DNA of 36,624 nucleotides from Perkinsus olseni (Eukaryota): NCBI GenBank assembly GCA_013115125.1, contig JABANN010000348.1, positions 1 to 36,624 of the forward strand, read 5' to 3'. Shown piece by piece: positions 1 to 11,599 of this stretch (position 1 is its first letter; each line of letters starts with the position of its first letter). The notes under the pieces were generated by a model. It saw only the letters and a program-made list of their open reading frames with translations, ran no database searches and was not told where the DNA came from. The position numbers and the translations under genes were made by a program.

Positions 1-248
1 ACTCGTAAAAGCTTCGTACTAACGGAGAAAGCTCACTTTTTGCGAATTGCATATCAAAAGCGAACGCACTGTAATGCGGTATTATACGAGCTTTCATTTG
101 TCCGGGACCCTCTGTAATAGAGGCTCTATTGTCCTTTCCGACTCCCAATTATGGTGAGACGAACGTTTCGTAGAGCATGAATTTGTGCTGATACTACTAG
201 TGTCATACTAGCCCCAACGTGGCTCCACTGGCGCCATTGCCGACAATT

Positions 249-3200
249 ATGTCGGCCGCGAGCGATCAACAGAGGTAGCACTCAAGCGCAGCGCTAAGAA
301 CTTCGCTTCTTCGATCCTTCAAAATCGTTCGCTAGAAACAGATGACCTCTACAGATCTCGGGGCGAAATTCCCGTCATCAGGAATCCTGATTCAAGATCT
401 CCCACCCCGAAGGCCCTCAGTCTGAGGCTCTCAGTCACAGTCGCTTAATGCGAAAAATTATCTAAAGTACGTCCCTTATGCTTTACCACGGTGGTACTAC
501 CACCCTGCGCATCATCGGTATAGAGTCCATACTATAGAAATTGGTGCTGCGAGCTGACGCGGGCATACAATGCTCGCAGGACTTGTGAAGGCTTGAGCGC
601 TAGGGAACTGGGGAGGAACCGATTAGCGCTTCGAGCGTCTGCGTCTCTTCAGGTCCTTATCCACCATCCCTCCGGCCAGCACTAGTGACGGGGCCGCAGA
701 GAGCTCGACGACAGTGAGCGAAGACGATGGGTCGTGGACCGTAAGTAGATGGCGTCGTGCGAGTTTCCGGTACCTAGCTAGCTCTCATTTAGAGTTCCCA
801 ATCATTAATTTTTCTGTGAAAACCTCGCATTAGTAGAAAACTTGAAAGGCTTGGTTCAAAGACCTCAGAAAACTCAGGTTGAGGTAAGTGTTAAGTGGCG
901 AAGAAACAGTTGATAGACGATAGGAATCGTACAGACCGTATAGAAAAAGAAGGAAGGGGAAATTGAACACGCACTGATCCAATGAATCATCATGATCCAG
1001 CATTTTGCGTCCTAAGCTAGCCAATAGCAACTCGCTTTTAGCGAGTTGCCATCCTCTGCAGCTTCGGCAAAGTCAAGAACGCACCAACGACGCGCGCGTT
1101 GCGAGTCGTAACGCGTGTTTTGTTGGTGAGTTCAACGTGGGTGGCACATTCCGACTCGGAATTTCCGAGTCGACAGTTTCGATGTTTCTGTTTCAGATAG
1201 AGCAAACCAAAGCAGTCAAGGAACATGGGACGCACATTGGTATTATACATGCCCATATATGCGACGGAGACTACAGGTAGGTCGCTTGGAAAATTAGTTG
1301 CGGAGCGCGGGAAACGAGCCGAGCGTATTGCCTCACTTCATGATCACTTAGTGCGTAAATGCGTGCGTGCGATCGTATGTCATTGACCAGCCCGATCCGC
1401 ATCAGCTATGGAAGCGAACCTTCATCGGCATTTTGCAAGCGCAAGCGCAGGCCTAGTGGCAGCTCTCGGAATGTCCGTGGCAGCCGTTTAAAGCGGTTTC
1501 ATTGTGGAGCCGTTGAAGATGCACCTGTTAATCCGACTAACAGACTAACTTAATCGCGAAATGGCGTTAAGCACGAGTGAAGTTTTTCCTCCATCAGGGC
1601 CTTGAAATGGAGGACTTTATCTGCGCTGAAGTCAAGATATCACCGCATTATGAAGTAAAGACTTGTGTTCCCAGATTGCTTTGCGCCTTTCGTCGCGTGT
1701 CTTGAGTTGCTGAGGCGAACTATGGACCTGAGCCGACGGTTTCGCAGTGTTTGAAGATAAATGGGCAGAAGTGTCACCATTAATGAAGCCGCGGGTGGCC
1801 GATTGTCACGACGGTATCATCAATTGGAAGTAGTGAGTCTTTCTTTTTACTAAGATGGACGCCTCAGGCGTCTATTAGGAAAAGTAAGTACCTATCAAGT
1901 TGATGAGGCCAAGTAGTTCTTAGAGTACTACTTAATGCAAATACTTATAATCTATGCATTGGATTATGGATGACTTGAAGACTGGGATTAGAGGCTCTAC
2001 AGCATCGAAGTGTACCTGTGATCTATATGCGTTCTCGTCATGCAGCTGTTCTGCTTGGAGCCAACATGCGCAACATGCCGGCGGCCTCCAAGTTTGTCCT
2101 GCCTAAGTTGATCTGCCAGGAAGCTACAGCCTAGTTGCGATCGCATTAGAGTCGCATCACACTCTGTGGAGCCACGAGTGTAGGGCCGGCGGCTTCCCGA
2201 ACGATGCAGCATTGGTAGCCACGCTGGCGTCCAGAGCCGCTCTGATGTCGCTGCGATGGTCCTGGGAGTCGACTGTGATCAGCTTGATGTCCTTAGTGAC
2301 CTCACAGAAGAAAATAACCGGTCGAAAATATTTGTTAACGTTATCTTGGGTGAGTGGCAATGTTATGATTCTAAGCTTGACTATTCTACGCTCAAGGATC
2401 CTCAACCTAGCCCGATTGTGCTCAACTACAATGTTGGGTGAAGGCCTTCCGAACTGTCGTCATGACAACCGAGGGGCTCCTTTATTGTTCAACTAAGGTG
2501 GAATACAGTAAGCGTGTTTTGTTGACAGCCGCTCAGCTCATATTGATACTTTGAATGTCATGGTACCTATGGTGTTTCTCTATCTTGTTGTCTCGCGCCA
2601 TGAGTCTAGTCGTCAATAAGAAGCATTTCATCAGCTGGTTCCAGATGGAGTTGAGTGGCAGTCAATTAGCAGACCTGCACCGTCTAGGTATCAATATTCC
2701 TCCACACACGATAGCTCCAAGGTGTGTCATCGCTAGAGTAGAGCACACCCACCATTTCTTATCGTCACCTTTTTCCCCTTCCTTTTTTCCCTCTCGTCCG
2801 TCCCTATACGGATCCTGTTTGGTTGTTATCGCAGACCCGGGTTTTGGCACGTTATATAGCGGAACGTCAGCTCGTGATAGGTTGGTGTGTGCATCTGTAC
2901 AGCATTCAATCTCGATTGAATCGAGATTTCGTGCCTCAACATGGAAGATGCGCAGGGCCCTGTCGGTTACATTGCATGGTGATGATCAACATGATCTTAT
3001 GCATGATAGATTCATATTACCATTGAAGCGAGAAGGCAGTTGTGGTTCTGCGTTGGTTGTTGAATCTAAGTGCATCCTTCGAGCTGGATGTGCGCCGAGT
3101 ATGTGCAGGGGCTCTGCATAAAGCCGACAGCGGTCTCCGCGGTGGCATCGAAGATACTCATTCCCATCAACATTCGCATGTGATGATGGCAGACCAAGCC

Positions 3201-3865
3201 TTGGTCACCAAGCTAACCTTCAGTTGGGCTTCAGCGCTCTCCTCTGCTGTAGCGTAGAGTTGGCCGCTATCATGATCACGTCAAGGATCGCCTACGGGTC
3301 CCGTAGTACGGGAGCGACTGGGCCTTCGAAGGCTTGCTCATCTTCAGGAGTGCGATGCTTAAGGTCAGAGTTTTCCTAAAGTGTCAGGCGTGGGAATTGA
3401 ACCCTCGACCTCTACTGTCCCGAAGAAAATAGTATCGTCCAGCACGCGTGTGCAGGGTGAGTCGTTTGTTGATTATGTCGTGGTAATATCAACAGCTAGG
3501 AGGGCTCTTGAATGAATGCCTGATGACCTCGACTACTACACAAACAAATATGGAGGACGACGACGCTAACACATTCGATACACCATCATCATCATCGTTC
3601 TTCTCGTTGTTGTAGTTCATCGGATGAACTTCGTCCTCATTCGAAGCCCGTGTCGTTGCCCGCAGTACACAGGGCAATGGAAGAAGAAGGGACAGCAGGT
3701 GGAGGAATCAAGAATGAAGTGCTCCACTGTAGTGTTGGTATTGGCTGAGTCGGGATGGTGGTGGGATGGCGAAACACAGAAGATCATTATCATCATCCTA
3801 GGGATGATAGTGACCGTTCTGCGGATACGCCATCTAGCAACATTGCCCCAAGGACAATGTTATGA
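249..3865 (+). CDS. Multi-exon hypothetical protein (exon chain not fully resolved; could be more than one gene)
   Basis: Repeated GT..AG pairs on + (e.g. donor gtaagt at 741; introns 3364-3425 and 3457-3495) flank open exon-like pieces such as SLSTIPPASTSDGAAESS, AAMVLGVDCDQLDVLSDLTEENNRSKIFVNVIL, KHFISWFQMELSGSQLADLHRL and YGSDWAFEGLLIFRSAMLK. No family recognised; both ends are approximate. Confidence 0.4.
3378..3413 (-). pseudogene. tRNA 3'-half fragment (B-box), Leu-like 3' end, antisense inside intron 3364-3425
   Basis: Minus strand reads AGAGGTC GAGGG TTCAATT CCCAC GCCTGAC A CTTT, i.e. variable loop, T-arm, 7-nt acceptor strand and discriminator A. No D-arm or anticodon arm upstream. 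Confidence 0.6.
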
Positions 3866-4132
3866 TTTAATCAAATGATATTATTCTCACGAGTGCGGCT
3901 ACTCAACTTGTCGACGGTGTAGATGATCGAACGGTGATGCAGCACTTGCTCTCCCCCCTGTTTGGGATGAGCGGGGTGATCATTCCAGCGCCCTGCGGCC
4001 CGCCCCGCTCGAAGCATCATCTTCCCTAGCGACTGAGATCGATCGATCTGGTTTTCCCACCGCCGCTCACATTAGGGTTTGTCAGTACTGGCGGAATTGA
4101 TTCATCATCATACTCCAAGCTTATCATCCGCC

Positions 4133-4980
4133 ATGATCAAGTCCCTCGTTGCCGCTACTGCGTTGATTGCGCTCCCCGCCAAGGCGTCTTTGAGTACTGA
4201 GGAAGATGACGTAAGTTCATCTTTAGGGCTCCTGCTGTCAGGAGGCTGTTTCCGGCGTCTCTCAGGCCTTTCCATCGATGCTTGTTACAAAACTCGATCC
4301 CATGGGTTTCGGCGGGACGTGCCACTTCACCGCTGGCCGCGGGGCCGAGAAAGAGTTCTCCTTCCGTCTCAGGAGGGGCCAGGAGCCTCGTTCCGAGTCC
4401 ATCCTCTGCCCCCAGTTCGGACCGAACAACCCCTTCCTGAGCGAATAGTAAGAGCTGCCATTACTACAGCTGTATCATCGTGCCTCGTTGTAGCTCTGGA
4501 AGTCCACGCCATCTTAGCAAGTACCGCACTGATTGCTGTCAACCTCTCGATGACTTCAGTCCAGTGAAGGACTTCAACTTCGAGGGACCTACCCCTGAGG
4601 GCACGGGTGTTGATCCGATCGGGACGATTGATGCGACATACTACTCTGTGCGCGGCGACACTCCACTTTCCAAAACATTGTCCTTCGATCAGCTACAGGT
4701 TAGGAATGGAAAAGCGAAATCTAGTATGAAAAACGCATGTATGATGGTTCGAGGGATTTTGAAAGACACCTACGGTTCGTACGATGGAATGTGTGACGAG
4801 TTCCGTAGGAGGGGCGATGCTGCCGTGAGAGCTACCCTTGAGGCTGTTGAGAACGGGGACTGGATCAGCTATGAGAAGCGTCAGGGCAGTGCGAAGTATC
4901 GCCCTCTTAGCGATGAGGATAAGAAGGATAGGGAGCGAGCTCTGCAGGCTCGGTCAAGGCTTGCGGAACTGCTGGCGTAA
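4133..4980 (+). CDS. Secreted Cys-patterned protein (~256 aa), likely a lineage-specific family
   Basis: Exons 4133-4210, 4242-4447 and 4494-4980 splice in frame (the first donor could instead be GC at 4184). N-terminus MIKSLVAATALIALPAKA is signal-peptide-like. Spaced cysteines: GTCHF, ILCP, DCCQPLDDFSP, NACMMV, GMCDEF. Confidence 0.8.
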
Positions 4981-5280
4981 TTATGATATGTTGTGAACGT
5001 TCTCTCACGATGGTAGGGCATCCCCAATGATCATGATGTTGATCTTGATGTTGATGATTCGCTTGTTTAGTTTTGCGGTCAGCTCAATAGGGGTACAGCG
5101 TTTTAGTTTGTCAGCACCTTTATAAGTGACTGAGTCACAGCGCGCCTATGGAAGCTGATTATCGGAAGTTACGGTATTGTACTTTCGATGATACCCTGTC
5201 GAGATAGTGAGGGAGGGAGTTATAGTATTGTGATAAGTATGATGGTTGCTATAGCTGAGCTCAGTTTGGGATTTGTAGTA

Positions 5281-8200
5281 ATGATGAGGCCCGGCGGTAA
5301 TATCGCCATCATCGGCAGACTTGGCAGGCTCGGACAGTCGAGAGCATTCGGGAAGAAGGCGAAGAAAGGTCAACAACAACAACAGCAGGAGGAGGAGAAG
5401 GCAGTACCAATGAAGGCTGTTGTAATACTCGGATCGTATTGGGTGACCCTTCGTGGTGGTGAGTAACGAATGAGATGGTATGGCTGTAGACGATTGGTTT
5501 ACTTTAAGATCGCCGAATAGTACGCACTGCGCTGCGTATGATATTATTAAGAGGGCGTGCCTTCTTTCACCGAGACTGCTCCCAGCTGCTACTTCCCCCT
5601 ACGACAGCTGCCCGTGGACTTCCACGCCATCATCGATGATGGTGTTATCATTTCAGAGCCGTCCCGCAGCCCCTCCTCCGGTACCCAAGTACGCTGTAGA
5701 CGGCAGTAAGCTGGATAGCGGGGCGGCGACTGGTGGTGGCAGCTGCAGCCCGAAGGAGATCGGAGTGGTGATGGCAGAGTCAGTCAGTGAAGCCACACTG
5801 AAGCAGGTAGTAGTACTACCGTAGTACTTCGACTCCTTCGCAGTTGTAGTATCGTCGTGTGGGTTAGGTGCTATCAGAAGCAGCAGACGGGAAGACGGAC
5901 GATGACCTCTTCCGAGCCCTCACTACTGCCAATGTTGACGGTAATAGTACAACCGATCCAGTAGATCCATAGGGGAATATAGAATAAAAGCTTCCATGGC
6001 TCCATGTTCCGCCATCAGTGTCGCTTCTCTCTGACGAGCCCTCGTCGCTCGCCACTTACCCCTCCTCCTGTCGGATCCCCCGCTGCCTGTGGGTTCTGCA
6101 TGATCCTCATCCGGACTATTTTCAGGTCCAGTGAGTCTGAGGTCCTCGCCTGTCACACCATCAACGGCTATCGCCATTCTTGAAGCTTGCGCGATTAAAC
6201 GTGTTCGAAGTTTCCCGGATTTGGCGAGAATTTCCGCAATTCTACTGCGACCGGGCAACCCTAGGATGACGGCGGAGGAGGCGACGTCCTTGCTGAGGCT
6301 CTACACCTTCATGGGCTCGATAAATGAGCCGCTGGCGTTGGCGTGCGCCAATAGTGTCGTACCACTCCTTCCCCAAATGAGTTGGCATGACATAGCGGCA
6401 GTTGCTCGGGATGTGGCGCGGCACAGGTAGTAAGAGTGGAACCCGCGTTCAGTCGGGCCAAATCGTTCGAACTAGTTCCGATCATTTTCTACCCACAGGG
6501 AAGCATATTCGATCTCTGGAAGGGGAGCTTCTCTACTCCACATAGTGATGGACTTTGCCTTGGATGGGCTGCTGAATTGTGGGGAGAGGCGTGATCCCCT
6601 CAGGGCACGCCCGCGTACTTTCTTTGATATTATATCAACCAGAGCGGCTGCTGAGATTGGAGCGATCGATAGTAAGGATATCTTTTCCCTCTGGCATACT
6701 ATGTGTTACTTGAGGATACCATGCCCAGAGGAGGTAATCAGCATCAGAACTCGGAATATCACCGCCGTTGGAGGGGCCGTTTCGGTTCTACTTCCACTCG
6801 GTACTGATCATATTGCAGGATCGTGGACGACTAGCTGATGAGGTTGTCAAGCGTGCGAGGGAGGGGACAGCGGATCTCGAGGACATAGTAGATGCGGCCT
6901 ATGCCTGCAGTATGATGTCCTTACAGGCCCTCAAGGAGGGGGGATACCAACACCGTGAGCTCCCTTCCGTCATCAGCACCTTTACAGTTTGCTTGCAGGC
7001 ACCCTCCGCCCTTTGGTCGAGCAGATCATCGCTTGCCTAGAAGCTGGTGGGATTGGTGATAGCTGGTTTGTCGAACACAGAGCGGCACATCGTCGACTAC
7101 TCCTTGTGAGAGCCCATCTGAGATATTGTCTACGGGAGGACCTGTAGTGTGGGTGGAGGAGGGATATTGGGGAGGGTAGACCCCTGCCGTTCGGTCGATA
7201 CTTCTGGACCAGAAGTTCTGGTTATAAGCGGGAATTATCACCTATCGTCTCCATCATCAATTCTGTTCACCGATTAATCAGGTTGTTGAAAGCCTCCCAT
7301 TTTCTCTTTTGGAAGTGGGTGGTCGGACTGCTAGGCTGGCGATATTTGTGTTCACCACGGTTCGACCTTAGATACGTCCCTCTATCGGAGAACGCCAAGA
7401 TGGCGCTCCGCAGAGTCCATCGCATAGATGTGGAGGCGGACAGGGCAGTGGAGAAGTACCCCGAGGATGCCCACCCTCTACGCCTGCCGAAGTCCATAAC
7501 ACAACTAAGTCTGATACTACGTAATACTCGAGGATGGCGATTAAGGTGAAAATCTCATTCTGACACGCGAGGCAGGAGTGCCTCTTCCACGGGTGTTCGA
7601 CTCGCTACACGGGCGCTGTTATTCTGAAGAAAATCTAATACTCGGTCTCAGGGAAAGTTTTTGTATTTAAAAAATACATTAGAAATAAGTTAATTACATT
7701 GTACATACAATTTACTGTTGTAATTTCCAGTTACAATTGTATTAAGTATTAGTAAAGAACATGTGGCATCAGAACAGTTGGGCTATCAGCGAGGAATCGA
7801 GATGGGAAGGAGGGGAAGAGATAGGTCTCCCTCTTAGCTGCCTCCTGCATCGCACTGCCTAGGATTTTCCCTTGGTGCATGCTTTGTCTAGTAGGCTGAT
7901 TCCCTGGCCTACCGTCCCCGCACTCGCCGAAACTGCATGGCCGTGGAGACTCTCTACTGGAGAGGGCACTGCTGCTCAGCGACCTGTCGATGATCACGGC
8001 CCTATTTTGGAGGAAATGACGTTTCATCGCCAGAGTTCTTACGGCGGACACAGAAGCTTTCCCCTTTGATGCCGAAACGGACGATTACGGCTTTCGCTAT
8101 GGCGGAGTGGAATAGCGTAAAGGGGCAAATGTAAAAGGAGCTGGGGGGTTCCCAGCAGTCCTAGGAAGGACTGCGAGGAAAAATGCGAGAATGGAAGAGG

Positions 8201-9993
8201 CGGAACCCCTAATTGTAGACTACGATGGCAGTATTGCGGTCCGCAATACTGTGTGTCATCGTAGTCTCTTGGATTAGGCTCCGACCAGGTCCTTCCGCTA
8301 TCGGAGAAGAAGCCTTATCTCGCCATCATGGCTCTTTTTTTGAGCCAGAAGATCGTTCAATAAAAGCTCTTTCATGGCGTTGTCATCGCCAAACAGCCGG
8401 ATGGTTGTTCGAGGTCCATGGAGGATCTCTCACTCGAGCTGGCAAAGTAGCCGATTGTGACAGTGATGCTAGCGGTTCCTGCTAGTGGGTTGCAATGATT
8501 ATGGTGAACACTTTCTGGATGCAGGAGCTCTAGCTTCTGCATATGTGCAACCGATTTGGTTCGGTTTCGGAGCCGACGTCTCATCTCGAGAGAAATTCCA
8601 AGTTTTCGAACTCCAAGGCCAAGCTGCATTTCATAAATGAGTCTCCTTCATTTTGGACGTGTCTAATTCATCATTTGTGTTGAGTTTGGAAGGAGAGCCT
8701 TCTTAGACTAGGAGCTCTCCTCAATATTCATGAGGCGTTCCTCAGCCCCTCTACCTCATCTAAACGTGTATATCGGATATGCTATATCCGCTCTCGGATT
8801 CGAGAGCCTCCGCGAGAGTTTGAGCTTTATCAGGCTAGGGGCTGAGCCCCTAGCCGGAGACCCATTTGCCCAACTTCTCCGATCTATCTCCGACTGGCCC
8901 TTCATAGCAAAAATTTCGTTGATAGACTCGCACTGTTGATGTTGACTACGGCCGCCTCAGGTAAATTGAAGGTTGCGCACTTCGTTCGAGCCCGACGAGG
9001 CCCCTTCACTTTTGATATCCTAGAGAGGGATAGGAGGCTGATCTGGGAGTGCAACAACTTCGATCGATACTACGGGTAGTGCTAGGGGGTCGAGTAGAAT
9101 GGGCTTGTTGCTTCCTCTAATCGTATCGATGTTGCCAACATCACTTTGGCTTCTGGTGTATCTCCATTCACCCCTCGTCTTTGCTCGTGGCCTGCCTTTC
9201 CACAGGCGCTAGGGTTGATACACTCGTATTACGACTCGTAATTTACGAGTATGGTCTGCCACAACGAGTCACTCGTTACGAGGCTCGTAACGCGTGACTC
9301 GTTGTGGCAGACCATCGAGGGGGTCGTTAGAATAACCCATCACCCGTTTCACGTCTCTCCAGGGGGTTCTGCCAGCTTCATGTGAGGGCTCATTGGGACT
9401 ATTTCTTCTCGGGGGCACCGTCCGTCTTGGGTTTTGTCAGGTCATCGTTCGATAAGCTCGCCCCACGTCGTCTGGAGGAGCGAATACTCAAGGCGATGGG
9501 ATACAGGATAGTGCAGGTAGTAGTTTGACGGGATGGATGATAACCAGTGCGCCCAATGGATCGGCTTAGCATGCGAGGTCTTCTGACTTACCTCCGCTCC
9601 GCTCAGGTGCCGTTCTGGCATTGGAGACGAGTAACGTTGAAGTCTAGGAGAATCGATATGATCCGAATGAGCAGGTATTGCGGATAACCCAACATTTTGT
9701 GTATCTCATGCTTCGACCTTAGATTCATTGCTTTACGAGACTTTAGGGAGCGGCATATGGCGCAGGGAGATGCTGACCAGTACTCCGATCCCACGAAGGT
9801 CAGAGGTCCCAGGTTCGATCCCTGGCGAATATATTTTTCGTGTTAGTTCAACGCTAGAGAGTGCGCACTCGACAGCAACTCATTCCAATACATCGGGGAG
9901 AACTTCTTCAAAGCGCAGAAACCGAGCAAGGCTTGGATGCTCTCCGGAGCCGGATTGAAGCTACAAAAATTACCGACAAGAATTACACTGTAA
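5281..9993 (+). CDS. RAP-domain RNA-binding protein, probably organelle-targeted (middle exons not fully resolved; 5' part could be a separate gene)
   Basis: Last exons 8961-9075, 9441-9516, 9607-9674, 9723-9798 and 9847-9993 splice in frame to GPFTFDILERDRRLIWECNNFDRYYGSSFDKLAPRRLEERILKAMGYRIVQVPFWHW..., matching the RAP pattern (GPF..DI ... IL..MGY.V..VP.W.W). N-terminus MMRPGGNIAIIGRLGRLGQSRAFGKK is Arg-rich with no acidic residues. Helical exons lie between. Confidence 0.75.
9234..9315. repeat. Two abutting palindromes (8-bp arms, then 32-bp arms with 1 mismatch), each with a 1-nt centre, in RAP intron 9076-9440
   Basis: ACTCGTAA-T-TTACGAGT (9234-9250) is immediately followed by ATGGTCTGCCACAACGAGTCACTCGTTACGAG-G-CTCGTAACGCGTGACTCGTTGTGGCAGACCAT (9251-9315). 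Confidence 0.95.
9802..9838 (+). pseudogene. tRNA 3'-half fragment (B-box) filling most of the 48-nt intron 9799-9846
   Basis: AGAGGTC CCAGG TTCGATC CCTGG CGAATAT A TTTTT: perfect 5-bp T-stem, canonical T-loop, 7 nt, A, then T5. Confidence 0.75.
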
Positions 9994-10140
9994 TGAAACG
10001 TTTGATGATGATCGATTGGCGCTTGCATGCTTTGCGTGTTGTTTCGGAACTACTCCCGGTGTCGAGTTACCACCTCTGCTGCTGCTGGTGGTGGTCGTTG
10101 CTACAGATGGGCGGTTGATAGGGTTGTGGTTAGTTTAATA

Positions 10141-11599
10141 ATGGCTTTGGTACCGGGAACAACGGAGTGGGAGGATATTCATGTAAGCACAGAGGGGCAA
10201 GGCAGCAGGGATCACCGCATATTCGTCACGCGCCACGAAATTACTATCGCTCCGCTCACAATGTTGTTCGAGGGCCTTCAGTCCTCATTCAGAAACATCT
10301 CGTGAGCTGGACTTGATTGTGGTAGTTGGGGCGATGATTATTATTCGGTTTTGGAGGCGGTCCGGAGTATGTCCGCCCACCCTCGTTTCCTTATTCCGCA
10401 TTTATTATTTACTAGCCGCCCTACCTCGAAATTTACTCCATTGGGTGCTCCTAAACGGTGAGTTCCGAGAATGAACCAGTGAGAATCTTCGCACGGCAAA
10501 GGTTTTTTCACCTTCAGGTGCGTCTGGGTAATTTTGCCCCGCGCCCGCTGGATCCTAGCGGAAATGATATTCAGCAAAGTGTGGACGATTGTGTTGACGA
10601 TGAGTTGGAGAAGATCCGAGCAAAGCGACTTGACGAGATGAAACGGAAGGCGATGAAGGAGAAAGAGGTTCTCGGGATAGGTCGCCTGGCTTGTGTTGCA
10701 TTCACATATTCTAATACGCCGAAAATTCACCGGAAAGTTTCCCCTTTTTTCGAATCTTCTGCGTTTCTCTCGTCGATTACCAAGAATTTTTAGGAATGAT
10801 TCTTACATGAATACATTTCCAACGTGCCGAAAAATGCACCGGAGAGTTTTTCCTCCCGGAACTTCTTTCTGTCTATCGTCGGTTTTAGAACTTCTCCCCT
10901 CCCTCATCCCATTCGCTCGCTGCCAACGTAGTCATATTTTCAGCGTTTCCTCCACCCTCAGGCTGATACCGGCGGTAAAATAAAAGATATCGGTCGTCAA
11001 GAGTTCGTGACTGAAGTTAACGAGAGTTCGAAGACCTCAGTCGTGGTCGTGCATCTGGCTAACCTGCATGAAGCCATGTCCCGAAGACTGGACGAATCTC
11101 TCTCGTTCTTGGCCAAGACCAAACGGACGGTTAAATTCGTCAGAGGATTCTACCAGGATTTAATTATCGGATTCCCGGCTCTTCGGCTGCCGGCGGTTGT
11201 TGTATATTTTGATGGAAAATGTGTAAAACAACTGATTGGGAAAGACGTGTGGACGTCGAGGGTTATCGCAAGTCCTACACTGGTGTGGAAGACATTAGGA
11301 ATCAGCAAGATTGACCAAGATGAGCAAGATAGCGGCTCTGATAGTAGCGGCTCTGATGATGAGCGTGGCCGATTCAGGATGAGAGTCCGAAGAGACGTTA
11401 AACACGAGATCAACGAAAGTAGGCCGGGAGCTGTGATGATGCAAAGCTTGCACTACTCGCAGTTCCTTAACTTTTCTCAGGATCGGATCGTCGAGACCGT
11501 TCCTCCAGGCGGGAGGACGACAGGTCTGATGACGACGACGACGATGAGAACGAAAAGGAGTATGCCAATTTGAACTTACAGGATGCCTTTCGTGGTTAG
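10141..11599 (+). CDS. Phosducin-like protein, PhLP2/PDCL3 type (thioredoxin fold)
   Basis: Exons 10141-10182, 10518-10667, 10962-11418 and 11481-11599 are in frame. Motifs: TEWEDIHVRLGNF (PhLP2 TEWxDI), LEKIRAKRLDEMK, FVTEVNESS..VVVHL, VKFVR, LPAVVVYFDG, acidic tail. Confidence 0.9.

Noticed and set aside
9586-9600. ACTTACCT as a U1 snRNA 5' end
   Set aside because: No U1 stem-loops or Sm site follow. It lies in the branch-point region of intron 9517-9606.
9746-9838. Complete intron-containing tRNA (CTGACC/GGTCAG stem plus T-arm)
   Set aside because: No D-arm, no U33 and no acceptor pairing. The 5' part is an in-frame RAP exon; only the 3'-half is tRNA-like.
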